Source: Porticoccaceae bacterium (GTDB lineage Bacteria; Pseudomonadota; Gammaproteobacteria; Pseudomonadales; Porticoccaceae). From it: DNA of 64,000 nt. The notes under the pieces were generated by a model. The model was given only the letters and a program-made list of their open reading frames with translations. It was not told the DNA's origin and did not search any database. Both the position numbers and the translations under genes were made by a program. Shown piece by piece: positions 15,762-26,034 of the stretch (the stretch's first letter is position 1; every line of letters starts with the position of its first letter). Location of the stretch: contig JARGOV010000002.1 in assembly GCA_029212965.1 (NCBI GenBank), positions 1,638 through 65,637 on the forward strand. Reading direction: 5' to 3'.

Positions 15762-16928
15762 ATGGATTTTAATCTCAGCGAGGAACAACGCGCCTTTCAG
15801 GATGCGGCCCGCGCCTTTGCCGAGGGCGAAATGGCCCCCCATGCGGCGCAGTGGGACGAGGAAAAAATCTTTCCTCGCGACATCATTGCGGCGGCGGGTG
15901 CGATGGGCTTTTGCGGCATGTATAGCCCGCAAGCACAGGGCGGTATGGGCATGTCCCGCCTCGATGCCACTATTGTGCTCGAAGAATTGGCGGCGGCTTG
16001 TGCCTCCACTGCTGCGTTTATCTCCATCCATAATATGGCCACCTGGATGGCTTGCACCTGGGGCACCGAGGTCGTCCATACTGATTTCTGTGAGCAATTA
16101 GTACTGGGCGAAAAGCTTGCCTCCTATTGTTTGACCGAGCCTAATGCGGGTAGTGATGCCGCCTCTATCACGACTAAAGCGGTGCGCGAGGGCGATGACT
16201 ACATCCTCAATGGTGGCAAGAGTTTTATCAGCGGTGCCGGTAGTACCGATGTACTGGTGTTGATCACCCGTACTGGGGCGAAAGATTCAGGGGCAACGGG
16301 TATTACGGCCTTTGCGGTGCCAGCTGATCTGCCCGGTATTAGTTACGGCAAAAACGAAAGTAAAATGGGTTGGAACAGCCAGCCCACACGCACCATTACC
16401 TTTGAAGATGTTCGAGTACCTGCGAGCTATCGCCTGGGTGACGAGGGCGAGGGCTTTAAAATTGCCATGAAGGGCCTCGACGGTGGGCGCATTAATATTG
16501 CCAGCTGTTCCATTGGTGCCGCCCAGGCCACGCTCAATCATGCCCAGCAGTATATTCAAGAGCGCAAGCAATTTGGCAAGCCTCTGGCGGCCTTTCAGGC
16601 GCTACAATTTAAACTCGCCGACATGGTCACCGAGCTGGTGGCGGCGCGGCAAATGGTGAGGTTGGCGGCGGGTAAATTAGATCAAAACGATGCCGATAAA
16701 ACGACCTATTGCGCCATGGCCAAGCGTTTTGCCACGGATATCGGCTTTCAGGTGTGTAATGAAGCCCTGCAATTACATGGGGGTTACGGCTATTTAAAAG
16801 AGTACCCGATAGAGCGTTTTTTACGCGATGCCCGAGTGCACCAAATATTAGAGGGCACCAACGAAATCATGCGCGTCATTGTCGCGCGCCGAATGCTGGA
16901 AGAGGGCGCAATTGAGAGTATCCGCTAA
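15762..16928 (+). CDS. Acyl-CoA dehydrogenase (isobutyryl-CoA dehydrogenase-like)
   Basis: 388-aa ACAD fold (YCLTEPNAGSDA, QLHGGYGYLKEYPIERFLRDARVHQILEGTNEI). Substrate is inferred from the cluster context. Confidence 0.85.
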   Translation: MDFNLSEEQRAFQDAARAFAEGEMAPHAAQWDEEKIFPRDIIAAAGAMGFCGMYSPQAQGGMGMSRLDATIVLEELAAACASTAAFISIHNMATWMACTWGTEVVHTDFCEQLVLGEKLASYCLTEPNAGSDAASITTKAVREGDDYILNGGKSFISGAGSTDVLVLITRTGAKDSGATGITAFAVPADLPGISYGKNESKMGWNSQPTRTITFEDVRVPASYRLGDEGEGFKIAMKGLDGGRINIASCSIGAAQATLNHAQQYIQERKQFGKPLAAFQALQFKLADMVTELVAARQMVRLAAGKLDQNDADKTTYCAMAKRFATDIGFQVCNEALQLHGGYGYLKEYPIERFLRDARVHQILEGTNEIMRVIVARRMLEEGAIESIR

Positions 16929-16984
16929 CCAGGATAACCACTCACATTTTAACAAGTAGGCGAAATCAGTAGGAGTTAAGTGAA

Positions 16985-17761
16985 ATGAGCGAACTATTAA
17001 AAGTAGAAAAACGCGGTCGCACCGCAATTTTGACCATGAACAACCCCCCGGCCAACACCTGGACGCCGGAGAGTTTGGCCTATTTAGAGCAGGTGATTGG
17101 CGAGCTGAATGCCGACAAAGAAAACTACGCGCTAATTTTGACCAGCGAAAGTGAAAAATTCTTTAGCGCCGGTGCCGATTTAACGCGCTTTAACCACGAC
17201 AACACCGGTGACGCCTTCGATTTTATTAAAGCCTTTGGTGTCGCTTTTGAAGCGCTGGCCAGTTACGAGGGTGTCTCCATTGCGGCTATTACTGGCTTCG
17301 CCATGGGCGGTGGGCTTGAGTGCGCGCTGGCTTGCGATATTCGCATTGCCGAAGAGCAGGCGCAAATGGCGCTGCCCGAGTGCACCGTTGGCTTGTTGCC
17401 CGGAGGTTTGGGAACACAGCACCTGCCCTGGCTGATCGGTGAAGGCTGGGCCAAGCGTATGATTTTGCTGGGTGAGCGGGTTAAAGCAGAAAAGGCGGAA
17501 CAAATTGGTTTGATTCAGGAAGTGGTGCCCACGGGTACTGCCCTGGAAAAAGCGCTGGAATTAACCGCCAAAGTTGAAAAGCAAAGTCCAACGTCTGTGC
17601 GCCTCTGTAAAGAGTTGACCATGTCTTCTCGCGAGCGTGGTTTGAGCAGTGGCTTTAAGTTTGAGCGCGATGCTTTTATGGACTTATGGGGCAGCGAAGA
17701 CCAAAAAGAAGGCGTTGCAGCTTTCGTCGAAAAGCGTAGCCCCGAATGGAAGAATGGCTAA
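16985..17761 (+). CDS. Enoyl-CoA hydratase (crotonase family)
   Basis: 258-aa crotonase ORF (FSAGADL, GFAMGGGLECALACDIRIA). Confidence 0.85.
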   Translation: MSELLKVEKRGRTAILTMNNPPANTWTPESLAYLEQVIGELNADKENYALILTSESEKFFSAGADLTRFNHDNTGDAFDFIKAFGVAFEALASYEGVSIAAITGFAMGGGLECALACDIRIAEEQAQMALPECTVGLLPGGLGTQHLPWLIGEGWAKRMILLGERVKAEKAEQIGLIQEVVPTGTALEKALELTAKVEKQSPTSVRLCKELTMSSRERGLSSGFKFERDAFMDLWGSEDQKEGVAAFVEKRSPEWKNG

Positions 17762-17796
17762 GGCCGGTATTTAGCGAGAATTTTGTGGAGAAGTGC

Positions 17797-18918
17797 GTGT
17801 CAGAACAGCCCGTCTTATTTAGTGAAAAAGCCTGTGCGAATGGTAAAAAAATAGCCATCGCCACCCTCAATGCTGAAAAGGCCTTGAACTCACTGAGCCT
17901 GGAAATGGTCGATATGATTGCCGCCCAGAGCGCACAGTGGGAGGCCGACGATAGCGTTGTCTGCATCTTGCTCGATAGTGCCGGCGACCGTGCCTTTGCC
18001 GCCGGTGGCGATATTCGCATGCTCTATGAGTCCATGGTGGAATGTGGTGAAAACTACAATGCCTATGCCACCGATTTTTTCTCGCGCGAATACCGCCTTA
18101 ATCATCGTCTGCATAATTTCCCCAAGCCGATTGTTGCCTGGGGTAATGGCTTTGTCATGGGCGGTGGTATGGGGCTATTTGAGGGTGCCGACTTCCGCGT
18201 GGTTACCGAAAGCACACGCATCGCGATGCCAGAAGTCACTATAGGTTTATTGCCCGATGTCGGTGGCACCTGGTTTTTGAATCAAACCCGTGGCAATAGT
18301 GGTTTGTTTTTGGCCTTGACGGGTGCACAGATTAACGCCACTGATGCGATGTACACCGGTCTTGCCGATGTATTTATTCCCCACGCTGAAAAAGCCGCAA
18401 TGCTCGACAAACTGGCTGCGCTATCCTGGACTGCTGATGCGGATGAAGACCGTGGACAGATGGCAGTCGTACTGGATGCCCTGCAAGAGCAGCATTGCGG
18501 ATTGCTCCCGGCCGCCCAGCTCGAACCACACATGGGCTGGATAGATGACGTGACTTCCGGCGCTAATTTGGAGGCGGTGGTTGGGGCAATAACCGCCTAT
18601 GATGGCGATGATAAATGGTTGAGCCGAGCGGTTGGCACCTTAAAAAGAGGCTGCCCCGTGTCGATTTTTCTCGCTTATGAGTTGAATCAGCGTGGCCGTG
18701 AACTACCCTTGAATGAGTGTTTGAAGCTCGAGCTGATCGGCACGGTCAATTGCGCAAAATACGGTGTTTTCCGCGAGGGCATTCGCGCGCAAATTATCGA
18801 GAAAGACAATAAACCCAATTTTAAACCGGCGACGCTTGCTGAGTTCTCGAGTGAGATGCGCCAGCAATACCTCAGCTGGCCCTGGGCTGACACACCGAAC
18901 CCCCTGGCCAATTTATAA
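17797..18918 (+). CDS. 3-hydroxyisobutyryl-CoA hydrolase (crotonase superfamily)
   Basis: About 370-aa crotonase-like ORF with a long C-terminal domain typical of HIBCH (AFAAGGDIR, GFVMGGGMGL). The start is uncertain: GTG at 17797 or 17785, versus an ATG at 17746 that overlaps the previous gene. Confidence 0.8.
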   Translation: MSEQPVLFSEKACANGKKIAIATLNAEKALNSLSLEMVDMIAAQSAQWEADDSVVCILLDSAGDRAFAAGGDIRMLYESMVECGENYNAYATDFFSREYRLNHRLHNFPKPIVAWGNGFVMGGGMGLFEGADFRVVTESTRIAMPEVTIGLLPDVGGTWFLNQTRGNSGLFLALTGAQINATDAMYTGLADVFIPHAEKAAMLDKLAALSWTADADEDRGQMAVVLDALQEQHCGLLPAAQLEPHMGWIDDVTSGANLEAVVGAITAYDGDDKWLSRAVGTLKRGCPVSIFLAYELNQRGRELPLNECLKLELIGTVNCAKYGVFREGIRAQIIEKDNKPNFKPATLAEFSSEMRQQYLSWPWADTPNPLANL

Positions 18919-18965
18919 AGTGAACCGGTACCTACCCCTTTAAGCTATCTATTAAGGATTGAATC

Positions 18966-19862
18966 ATGGCAAAGAAAATTGCATTTTTTGGTTTGGGAAA
19001 TATGGGTGGCCCCATGGCCGCGAATTTGGTCAAGGCCGGGTTTGAGGTTTGTGCCTTTGATTTGCAAGCTGCTTCGGTGGCGAAGGCAGTTGAGGATGGT
19101 TGTAGCGCGGCCAGTTCAGAAAAAGACGCGGTGACTCGCGCTGACTTCGTTATCTCGATGTTGCCCAACGGGGCTATTGCCGAAAACCTTTATATTGATG
19201 GCGCCGGCTTGCTCGACCTCGTTGAACCCACTGCACTGCTGATTGATTGCTCTACTGTTGCTGCTTCCAGTTCCCGGCGCATTGGGGAAGAGGCAAAGAA
19301 ACGCAATATTCGCGCAATCGATGCTCCGGTTTCCGGCGGAGTGGCGGGTGCTGAGGCGGGCACACTGGCCTTTATGTGTGGTGGCGAAGCGGCTGACGTC
19401 GAAGCGGCACGAGAAGTGCTGGTGCATATTGGTGCCAATATTTTCCACGCCGGTGCTAGTGGCGCCGGGCAAATTGCCAAAATTTGCAACAATATGTTAC
19501 TTGCCGTGCACATGATTGGCACCGCAGAATCGCTACAGCTAGGGGTTGATAATGGCCTCGACCCGGCGGTGTTGTCAGAAATTATGCTGAAAAGTTCCGG
19601 TTGTAACTGGTCGCTGGAAAAATACAACCCCTATCCCGGTGTTATGGAGGGTGTGCCAGCTAGTCGTGATTACGCCGGTGGTTTTATGGTCAAGTTGATG
19701 CAAAAAGACTTAGGACTGGCGATGGAAGCTGCCCTAGCCAGTCATTCCAGTACACCGATGGGCGCGCTGGCGAAGAATCTTTATGGCCTGCACGAAAATA
19801 CCGGTGGCGAGCAGCAGGCAGACCTCGATTTTTCCAGTATCCAGCAGATGTTTGCTCAATAA
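18966..19862 (+). CDS. mmsB: 3-hydroxyisobutyrate dehydrogenase
   Basis: 298-aa ORF with the Rossmann motif IAFFGLGNMGGPMA and the DAPVSGG block. Last gene of the valine cluster. Confidence 0.9.
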   Translation: MAKKIAFFGLGNMGGPMAANLVKAGFEVCAFDLQAASVAKAVEDGCSAASSEKDAVTRADFVISMLPNGAIAENLYIDGAGLLDLVEPTALLIDCSTVAASSSRRIGEEAKKRNIRAIDAPVSGGVAGAEAGTLAFMCGGEAADVEAAREVLVHIGANIFHAGASGAGQIAKICNNMLLAVHMIGTAESLQLGVDNGLDPAVLSEIMLKSSGCNWSLEKYNPYPGVMEGVPASRDYAGGFMVKLMQKDLGLAMEAALASHSSTPMGALAKNLYGLHENTGGEQQADLDFSSIQQMFAQ

Positions 19863-20053
19863 TTGGGGTAATAGGGCCTTGAAAATGACTTGCTGCACCA
19901 CCTGGTAGCCGGTTGTCAGCAAAATACGGTACTGGTCCACGAACGTTAGCTTTGGCATTAAATTTTTTGCCCCTTCGCGTATGATTCGCCAATGAACTAG
20001 CTCGTGACCCTCTTTGTGCTGGGTTAATGACTTGCCGTGAATGGAATTAAAGA

Positions 20054-21865
20054 ATGGATAACAGGGAAGACCAGCTCCTCCTTTTGCAAAAACAAATTCT
20101 CGAGAGAGTTGCACTGGGCGCTGATTTTCAGGAAATGCTTGATGAGTTGTGCCTTGCCTCTGAGCTACTTGTATCGGAGTCCGTTTGCTCAATCATGGTT
20201 TTCAATCAATCGAGACAACATCTAAATGTGGTTTCTGGTCCGAGGCTGCAGAGTGCTTTAGCAGATCAACTTAAGGGCACGTTACCGGCCAGGCACTCGG
20301 GTTCTTCTGCTCGAGCGGTATTACAAAATACGCCAGTCTATGTCAGCAATACTCAGGAAGATGAATCTTGGTCAGATGTTCGCCACTTAGCGCGAGAATT
20401 TAATATCAATGCCTGTTGGTCCCACCCCATTAGGAATACTGAGGGTGATGTGGTTGGAGCCTTCGCGATATCGAGCTTTGAGGAAAGAAAGCCAAGTTCT
20501 TTTCAGCAACAGTTACTGACTGAATCGGCCAATATTGCCGGTATCATTATTGAGCGCCATGATCGTGAAAAAGACCTTTGGGATAAAGCACACTTAGATA
20601 AGTTAACCGGCTTGTGTAACCGTCACATGTTTGACATGACCTTAAGTCACGCTATTTCCAGTGCTAGACGCCACGAGGCTCAGCTGGCGGTTTTATTTGT
20701 CGATCTCGATAACTTCAAAGTTATCAATGACACCTACGGCCATAAAGCGGGTGATGACGTTCTGCAAGAAATTGCCTCACGTCTGAAACGTTGCCAACGC
20801 AGTAGTGATACCTTGGCTCGCTATGGCGGCGATGAGTTTACGTTGCTGCTGGAAAATATTGATGACATCAATAGTGTGACTCAGGTGGCTCAGCGTATTA
20901 TTGATGAATGCGCGATTCCTATTGTTTCCGATGGTTGGAGCGCATCGGTGTCGGCCAGTGTTGGTATCAGTCTTTTCCCTAACGATGCACTGGAACTACG
21001 AGAATTGCTCAGCTTTGCCGACCGGGCAATGTATAAAGCAAAGTCTAAAGGTCGCAACGGGTTTTATTTTTACGAAGAGGGTTTAACAAGGGTTGTCGAA
21101 GCGAAAAAAAGATTGAGTATAGAGTTACGTAGCGCTCTAGAAAACAATGAATTTGTATTGTTCTATCAGCCTGTTTTTCAATCTAGTGGGCCCATGTCGC
21201 GGTCATTGGAGGCATTGGTTCGCTGGAATCATCCAACTCGAGGTTTATTGACCACGGGTGATTTTTTACCGATGGTCGAGGAGGAGGGCCTGATGGATGA
21301 GCTCAGTGAGTGGGTGCTACACGCCGCTTGCACTCAGGCAAAGAGCTGGTTGGATTCAGGTTTTTCACTGGCTAAAATAGCTATCAATTTTTCCCTATTT
21401 AGCGAGCAAATAGATTTTTGTGAGATGGTTGGACGGGTGCTCGATGAAACACAGCTGCCCCCAACTTATCTAGAGCTAGATATTTCTGAGAGTCTACTGG
21501 CCTGTGACAATGATGAGCTTATTGATGAGTTAGAGCAGTTACGTAAGCGCGGTATCGATGTGGCTCTCGATAACTTTGGTACAGGTGGTGTCTCTCTTGC
21601 CCTTCTCGCTCGCTTGCCCATTGATCTGCTAAAAATGGATAGAGATTTTGTCGATAATTTGACCCCGGGTAATGCTGACCCTCGCCTCATAAAAACGATT
21701 GTCGCCATGGCATCTAATCTCGGTCTGCCAGTGTTGGCCAAGCGCGTGGAAACCGAATTACAGCGTGAAGTTCTATCCCGTGAGGGCTGTGACTTATTGC
21801 AGGGCTACTTATTTTCTGCTCCGCTATCAGTCAGCGATATTGAAAACCTGTTGTACCGCGCTTAA
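20054..21865 (+). CDS. GAF-GGDEF-EAL signalling protein (c-di-GMP turnover)
   Basis: 603-aa ORF with an N-terminal GAF-like region, an intact GGDEF (RYGGDEFTLL) and EAL motifs (LEALVRW, DNFGTG). Confidence 0.85.
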   Translation: MDNREDQLLLLQKQILERVALGADFQEMLDELCLASELLVSESVCSIMVFNQSRQHLNVVSGPRLQSALADQLKGTLPARHSGSSARAVLQNTPVYVSNTQEDESWSDVRHLAREFNINACWSHPIRNTEGDVVGAFAISSFEERKPSSFQQQLLTESANIAGIIIERHDREKDLWDKAHLDKLTGLCNRHMFDMTLSHAISSARRHEAQLAVLFVDLDNFKVINDTYGHKAGDDVLQEIASRLKRCQRSSDTLARYGGDEFTLLLENIDDINSVTQVAQRIIDECAIPIVSDGWSASVSASVGISLFPNDALELRELLSFADRAMYKAKSKGRNGFYFYEEGLTRVVEAKKRLSIELRSALENNEFVLFYQPVFQSSGPMSRSLEALVRWNHPTRGLLTTGDFLPMVEEEGLMDELSEWVLHAACTQAKSWLDSGFSLAKIAINFSLFSEQIDFCEMVGRVLDETQLPPTYLELDISESLLACDNDELIDELEQLRKRGIDVALDNFGTGGVSLALLARLPIDLLKMDRDFVDNLTPGNADPRLIKTIVAMASNLGLPVLAKRVETELQREVLSREGCDLLQGYLFSAPLSVSDIENLLYRA

Positions 21866-22004
21866 GGTTTGGGGTAGTGATTCCAGTTCTATTCTGTTTA
21901 GGTTAAATAGTAAAGGTCAGGTTGATTGTACAGCCAATTGTTGTCGGCTTGAATGACTACATGGCACCTTTCTAATCTTTATCGACCTACTATATCGACG
22001 TATT

Positions 22005-22034
22005 ATGTTAGTTCATGTTAGTTCATGTTAGTTC
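22005..22034 (+). repeat. Perfect 10-bp tandem repeat x3 (ATGTTAGTTC)
   Basis: ATGTTAGTTC occurs at 22005, 22015 and 22025, ending 6 nt before the RBS GGAGAGG of the CocE/NonD gene. Confidence 0.9.
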
Positions 22035-22049
22035 CTTGGAGAGGCAGAA

Positions 22050-23777
22050 ATGAAAGTCCTTGTAGACAAAAACATTGATGTACCCATGCGGGATGGTGTG
22101 TTGCTGAGGGCCGATGTTTATCGCCCCGCCGATGAGGGACAATATCCGGTATTGGTACAAAGAACGCCCTATAACAAAGAAATGTGGCTAATTACAGCCT
22201 CAACGCTTGACCCTATTCGCGCTGCCGCGGCGGGTTTCGTGGTGGTGATTCAGGATGTACGCAGTCGCTGGGCCTCGGAGGGTGGTGTTTTTTTCCCCTA
22301 TCGGGATGAAGAACCTGATTGCGCTGACACAGTAGACTGGGCCGCAAAGCAGAGCTGGTCGGCGGGTGTTGTCGGTTGCTACGGCTTGTCCTATATGGGG
22401 GGCAATACCTGGCTGGGCGCGGTGTCGGGTCACGAGGCACTGAGAGCTATTTCACCCACCACGGCGCCGAATAGTTTTTGGCACAATAATTTCTGGCGCG
22501 ATGGGGTCATGCAAGTGGCTACGTTGATAACCTGGGCGCTGCGTATTATTGGCCCTGCCGCCTTGATTCGCTCAGGTAAAGAGCTGCCTGAGTTAATGGC
22601 TCGCCTCACTGAACTTGCCGATGCCAATGATGCTTTTAGCGAACTAGTGCGCGAAGAACCGCTTGATGCATTGAGCGCTGGGCACAAAGAAGATGAAAAC
22701 TTTGTGCCTTTTCTTTATGAAATGTTTAAACACCCGGTACCGGATACGTGGACCGATGGTTTGCTGCTCAATAATCGTCACGAACAAGTTAAAGTGCCAG
22801 CCCTTATTATCGCCGGCTGGTATGACATGTTGCTCGGTGCCGATCTAGAGCATTTTGCCGGTATGAAGGCCAATGGTGGCACTGAGCAGGCGCGCGAGAA
22901 TACCCGCATCATTATTGGCCCCTGGTCCCACGGCATGTTTATGAATATGGTTGGGCAGGTCGATTTTGGTTTTCGAAGCAGCGGTCTGTTTATGGACTTG
23001 AAGGAAGATCTCACCACACTGCAATTGCGCTGGTTTAGCCGTTGGTTAAAGGACGAGCAAAACGGCATTGATAGTGAAGCGCCGGTTAAGGTCTTTGTGC
23101 AAGGTATTAATCGCTGGCGCGATGAACAGGAGTGGCCGCCTGCTCGCGCAGTGGCCACGCCCTGGTATCTTGGCAGCGATGCTAGCTTTGGGCCTGATAA
23201 GCCGCAGTTTGACATGTCGCCCGATAGTTATGTTTACGACCCAGAAGACCCTTGCCCAACCTGTGGTGGCACATTGTTAATGCCGCCTAAATACACCCCT
23301 GGACCTGTCGATCAAGCACCTATTCTCGGCCGTCGTGATGTGCTGGTTTATACCTCAGAGGTGTTGGCAGAAGATTTGGAATTGGCGGGCTCCGTGAGTG
23401 CCGAAATCTATGCCAGCACCTCTGCACTCGATACTGACTGGATGATTAAGCTGTGTGAGGTGCGTGCGGATGGCAAGACTTTTAATGTCTGCGATGGTGT
23501 GCTGCGGGCCTCTTATCAGGTTCATCAAACGGGGCAAGTGTTTGAACCGGGTGATGTAGTGAAATGGAGGATTAATTTGCTGGCGACGGCTATGGTGTTT
23601 AAGGCAGGGCATCGCCTTCGAGTGATGATTACATCGAGTGACTTCCCCCGCTATGATCGCAACCCCAATACTGGAGGTGTGGGGGTTGAAGCAGTGGGTA
23701 GCATGTCAGCTTTGCAGAAGGTTTATCATGATCAGCGTTATGCATCCCATTTGGTGCTGCCTGTCATTAATAGTTAA
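22050..23777 (+). CDS. CocE/NonD-family hydrolase (S15 X-Pro dipeptidyl-peptidase-like)
   Basis: 575-aa ORF. The N-terminus VPMRDGVLLRADVYRP, the nucleophile elbow GLSYMGG and a C-terminal beta-sandwich region are typical of CocE/NonD. Confidence 0.8.
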   Translation: MKVLVDKNIDVPMRDGVLLRADVYRPADEGQYPVLVQRTPYNKEMWLITASTLDPIRAAAAGFVVVIQDVRSRWASEGGVFFPYRDEEPDCADTVDWAAKQSWSAGVVGCYGLSYMGGNTWLGAVSGHEALRAISPTTAPNSFWHNNFWRDGVMQVATLITWALRIIGPAALIRSGKELPELMARLTELADANDAFSELVREEPLDALSAGHKEDENFVPFLYEMFKHPVPDTWTDGLLLNNRHEQVKVPALIIAGWYDMLLGADLEHFAGMKANGGTEQARENTRIIIGPWSHGMFMNMVGQVDFGFRSSGLFMDLKEDLTTLQLRWFSRWLKDEQNGIDSEAPVKVFVQGINRWRDEQEWPPARAVATPWYLGSDASFGPDKPQFDMSPDSYVYDPEDPCPTCGGTLLMPPKYTPGPVDQAPILGRRDVLVYTSEVLAEDLELAGSVSAEIYASTSALDTDWMIKLCEVRADGKTFNVCDGVLRASYQVHQTGQVFEPGDVVKWRINLLATAMVFKAGHRLRVMITSSDFPRYDRNPNTGGVGVEAVGSMSALQKVYHDQRYASHLVLPVINS

Positions 23778-23780
23778 TGG

Positions 23781-23824
23781 CACTCGCTAACAAAAGGGCC
23801 GGTATGGTCTTTTGTTAGCGAGTG
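23781..23824. terminator. Bidirectional hairpin terminator between convergent genes
   Basis: Perfect 16-bp stem CACTCGCTAACAAAAG / CTTTTGTTAGCGAGTG with a 12-nt loop, lying between the CocE/NonD and GNAT 3' ends. Confidence 0.75.
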
Positions 23825-23868
23825 GGAAATGTTTTTAACGCTGAGTTAGCTAGGAGTTTGCTAGCTAA

Positions 23869-24435
23869 CTACAACCCATAGCGATCGCGACGAGCGAGGA
23901 AAGTTTCAACATCGACGGCCATTGATAGTACGTCGTGAACTTTCCCTTCTCTGTCCTTGACTTCATTTTCAAGTACAGCTTCGGGGTGAAAGCCCAGTTC
24001 CTGAAAGAGTTTACGGGCACCCGTTTGGTCTAGGGTCATACGGGCATAGATCTTTTCGATTTTTTTGGTCAGTGCGATACGAAACAGTTCGCGCACAAGA
24101 GCGCGACCGACACCTGTTTCTCGATGATTGGGGCCGACCATGATGCGCAATTCGGCAACGTGGCGGGACCACTCAATCTCCCCTCGACTCAGAGTTCCGT
24201 AGCCAATAATCTCATCATCAATATTGGCGATGACACTGATGTTTTTTCCGTACTCAATTTTTTTTACCCAAGAATCAATGACGCGGGGTTTAAGGATGTC
24301 ACGGCGCAAAAACATTAAATCGTGAGGCGGCAAGGTCTTGGCGAAAGCCAGCATATCCTCCTTGTCCTGCTCAGACATTAAGTGCAGAGAGGCCTGACCA
24401 TTACGTAATTCAATTTGTTTAGGGAATGTTTCCAA
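23869..24435 (-). CDS. GNAT-family N-acetyltransferase
   Basis: 188-aa ORF with the acetyl-CoA-binding motif RETGVGRALV. It lies 53 nt downstream of phaC on the same strand. Confidence 0.75.
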   Translation of the reverse strand: METFPKQIELRNGQASLHLMSEQDKEDMLAFAKTLPPHDLMFLRRDILKPRVIDSWVKKIEYGKNISVIANIDDEIIGYGTLSRGEIEWSRHVAELRIMVGPNHRETGVGRALVRELFRIALTKKIEKIYARMTLDQTGARKLFQELGFHPEAVLENEVKDREGKVHDVLSMAVDVETFLARRDRYGL

Positions 24436-24488
24436 AATTTCTCTCCAGCAGTAAAGTATTTAATAAAATGTGGAAGATAGTTGGTTGT

Positions 24489-25556
24489 CTAAAAGGATCT
24501 TTCTTCTAACCACTTAGCGACTTGGGGCCAGAGCCGAAATACAGCATTACCACCAGCTATTAAACTGACGTGACCGCCTTTGAGGACAATTTCAGACTTA
24601 TCGTCACTGCCTATCAACTGTATCAAAGCTTCGGATGCAGCGGTGGGCACGATGTGATCGTGAAGTGCTGCAATGTGTAAAAAGGGCGCAACAATATTTC
24701 CCAAGTTGGCATTTTTGCCCTTAATTTCCATCTGCCCTTTATAGACCTTGTTGTCTTGTAAAAAATCTTGAAAGAGTTGCCGAGCAGCTTCACCGGCAAT
24801 TGGCACTTGATCTGCTGTCCAGCGCTCAAAGCGATAGTGTGCTTCAAGAAATTTGTCATCGCCTGCATTGTCGAGCAGTTGCATTCGCCCGGCAGTTTTT
24901 TGCAAGGGCCGCAAGGCTTGCAGCATGGTGTCGACCATGCCGCCGGGTATGTTGCCCAGTTGTGTGACAATTTGGTCAATATCAAAGGTTTCATTATCGG
25001 CCCAACTCTTATACAAGGGCATGCCTTCAGTGTTGACTGGGGTAGCAATGTCGACCAAATTTTTGATATTTTTTTCCGGGTGAAGGGCTGTATAAAGAGA
25101 GGCGATTACACCACCTAGGCAGTAGCCAATTAAGGAGACTTCATCTTCTCCACAGTCATCGGCCACTTTTTCAAGACAGTCCGGAAGAAAGTCATCGACG
25201 TAGGTATCAAAACAAAAATGTTGATGCTCTTTTCTCGGTAAACCCCAGTCAATGAGATAGACATCAAAGCCTTGTGCCACCAAGTATTCGACGAAGCTTT
25301 GTCCGGGTGCTAGGTCTACGATGTAATAGCGGTTGATCAAAGACATGACGAGAACGATTGGCACGCGATAAATTTCATCGCAGACCGGGTGGTAGTGATA
25401 AAGCTTCATGGGGCCGCGAGAATAGATAATATCTTTTGGCGTAACGCCTAGATCGAGAGCAAGGCCGTCGAGGTGCTTTAGGCCATCAATATTCCGTGAA
25501 AGTACTTTTTTAACAGCATCCTTAATTTTATCGTCTACTTCATTTTCACTGCTCAT
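24489..25556 (-). CDS. phaC: Poly(3-hydroxyalkanoate) synthase catalytic subunit PhaC (class III/IV type)
   Basis: 355 aa, the size typical of two-subunit synthases. Cys lipase box GYCLGG, the YLIDWG block, and downstream Asp/His candidates (HDHIVP, GGHVSL). Confidence 0.85.
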   Translation of the reverse strand: MSSENEVDDKIKDAVKKVLSRNIDGLKHLDGLALDLGVTPKDIIYSRGPMKLYHYHPVCDEIYRVPIVLVMSLINRYYIVDLAPGQSFVEYLVAQGFDVYLIDWGLPRKEHQHFCFDTYVDDFLPDCLEKVADDCGEDEVSLIGYCLGGVIASLYTALHPEKNIKNLVDIATPVNTEGMPLYKSWADNETFDIDQIVTQLGNIPGGMVDTMLQALRPLQKTAGRMQLLDNAGDDKFLEAHYRFERWTADQVPIAGEAARQLFQDFLQDNKVYKGQMEIKGKNANLGNIVAPFLHIAALHDHIVPTAASEALIQLIGSDDKSEIVLKGGHVSLIAGGNAVFRLWPQVAKWLEERSF

Positions 25557-25566
25557 TTGGCCCCAC

Positions 25567-25992
25567 CTATTTGTCGTCAGTTGTGGTGTTCTTGTCTGGG
25601 CTTGCTGGTTTTGTTGGTGGCTTACGTGTTCTCCGAGGTTTTGTGGTTGACGAAGTGGGCTCTTGGCCTGTTGAGGCGAGTTGTTTTTTCAGCAAGTGTA
25701 TTTCGGCGGTAAGTGTTGAAAGTGCATCTTCAACACCGCTGAGCCTGTCCTCCACACCGAGCACATCGGCGCGGGAGGGCAAATTAAGTGCCGCCAGCTG
25801 TTGCCCCACCATTTCAGTGAACATGTTCTGGGCGTGGAGCCATTCCTGGAAATAGTGGCCTAACATTTTGCTCGACTTCTCGTCGGCCATGATGTCTGTG
25901 AGGGCGCCACTCCATTGCTTCTCTGATTTTTGAACCCACTCGCGCCACATTCTCATGGGTTCCAGGAAATGCTTGTCTTTATCTTGGCTCAT
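25567..25992 (-). CDS. Small PHA synthase subunit (PhaE/PhaR-like) with a basic Pro/Lys/Thr tail
   Basis: 141-aa ORF 10 nt upstream of phaC. The W-rich N-terminus and the LNLPSRADVLGVEDRLSGVEDAL coiled-coil segment resemble PhaE/PhaR subunits as I recall them. Tail: TKPRRTRKPPTKPASPDK. Confidence 0.55.
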   Translation of the reverse strand: MSQDKDKHFLEPMRMWREWVQKSEKQWSGALTDIMADEKSSKMLGHYFQEWLHAQNMFTEMVGQQLAALNLPSRADVLGVEDRLSGVEDALSTLTAEIHLLKKQLASTGQEPTSSTTKPRRTRKPPTKPASPDKNTTTDDK

Positions 25993-26034
25993 CTCATATC
26001 TTCCTTATATATTGACGGGGGGTATTGCCCTGGC

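Noticed and set aside
19863-20053. HExxH-like motif (EGHELVHW) in the minus-strand frame of the mmsB / GGDEF-gene intergenic region, considered as a metalloprotease gene remnant
   Set aside because: The frame has no start within the intergenic region. The only support is a 5-residue motif that arises often by chance, and the rest of the ORF is antisense to flanking genes.
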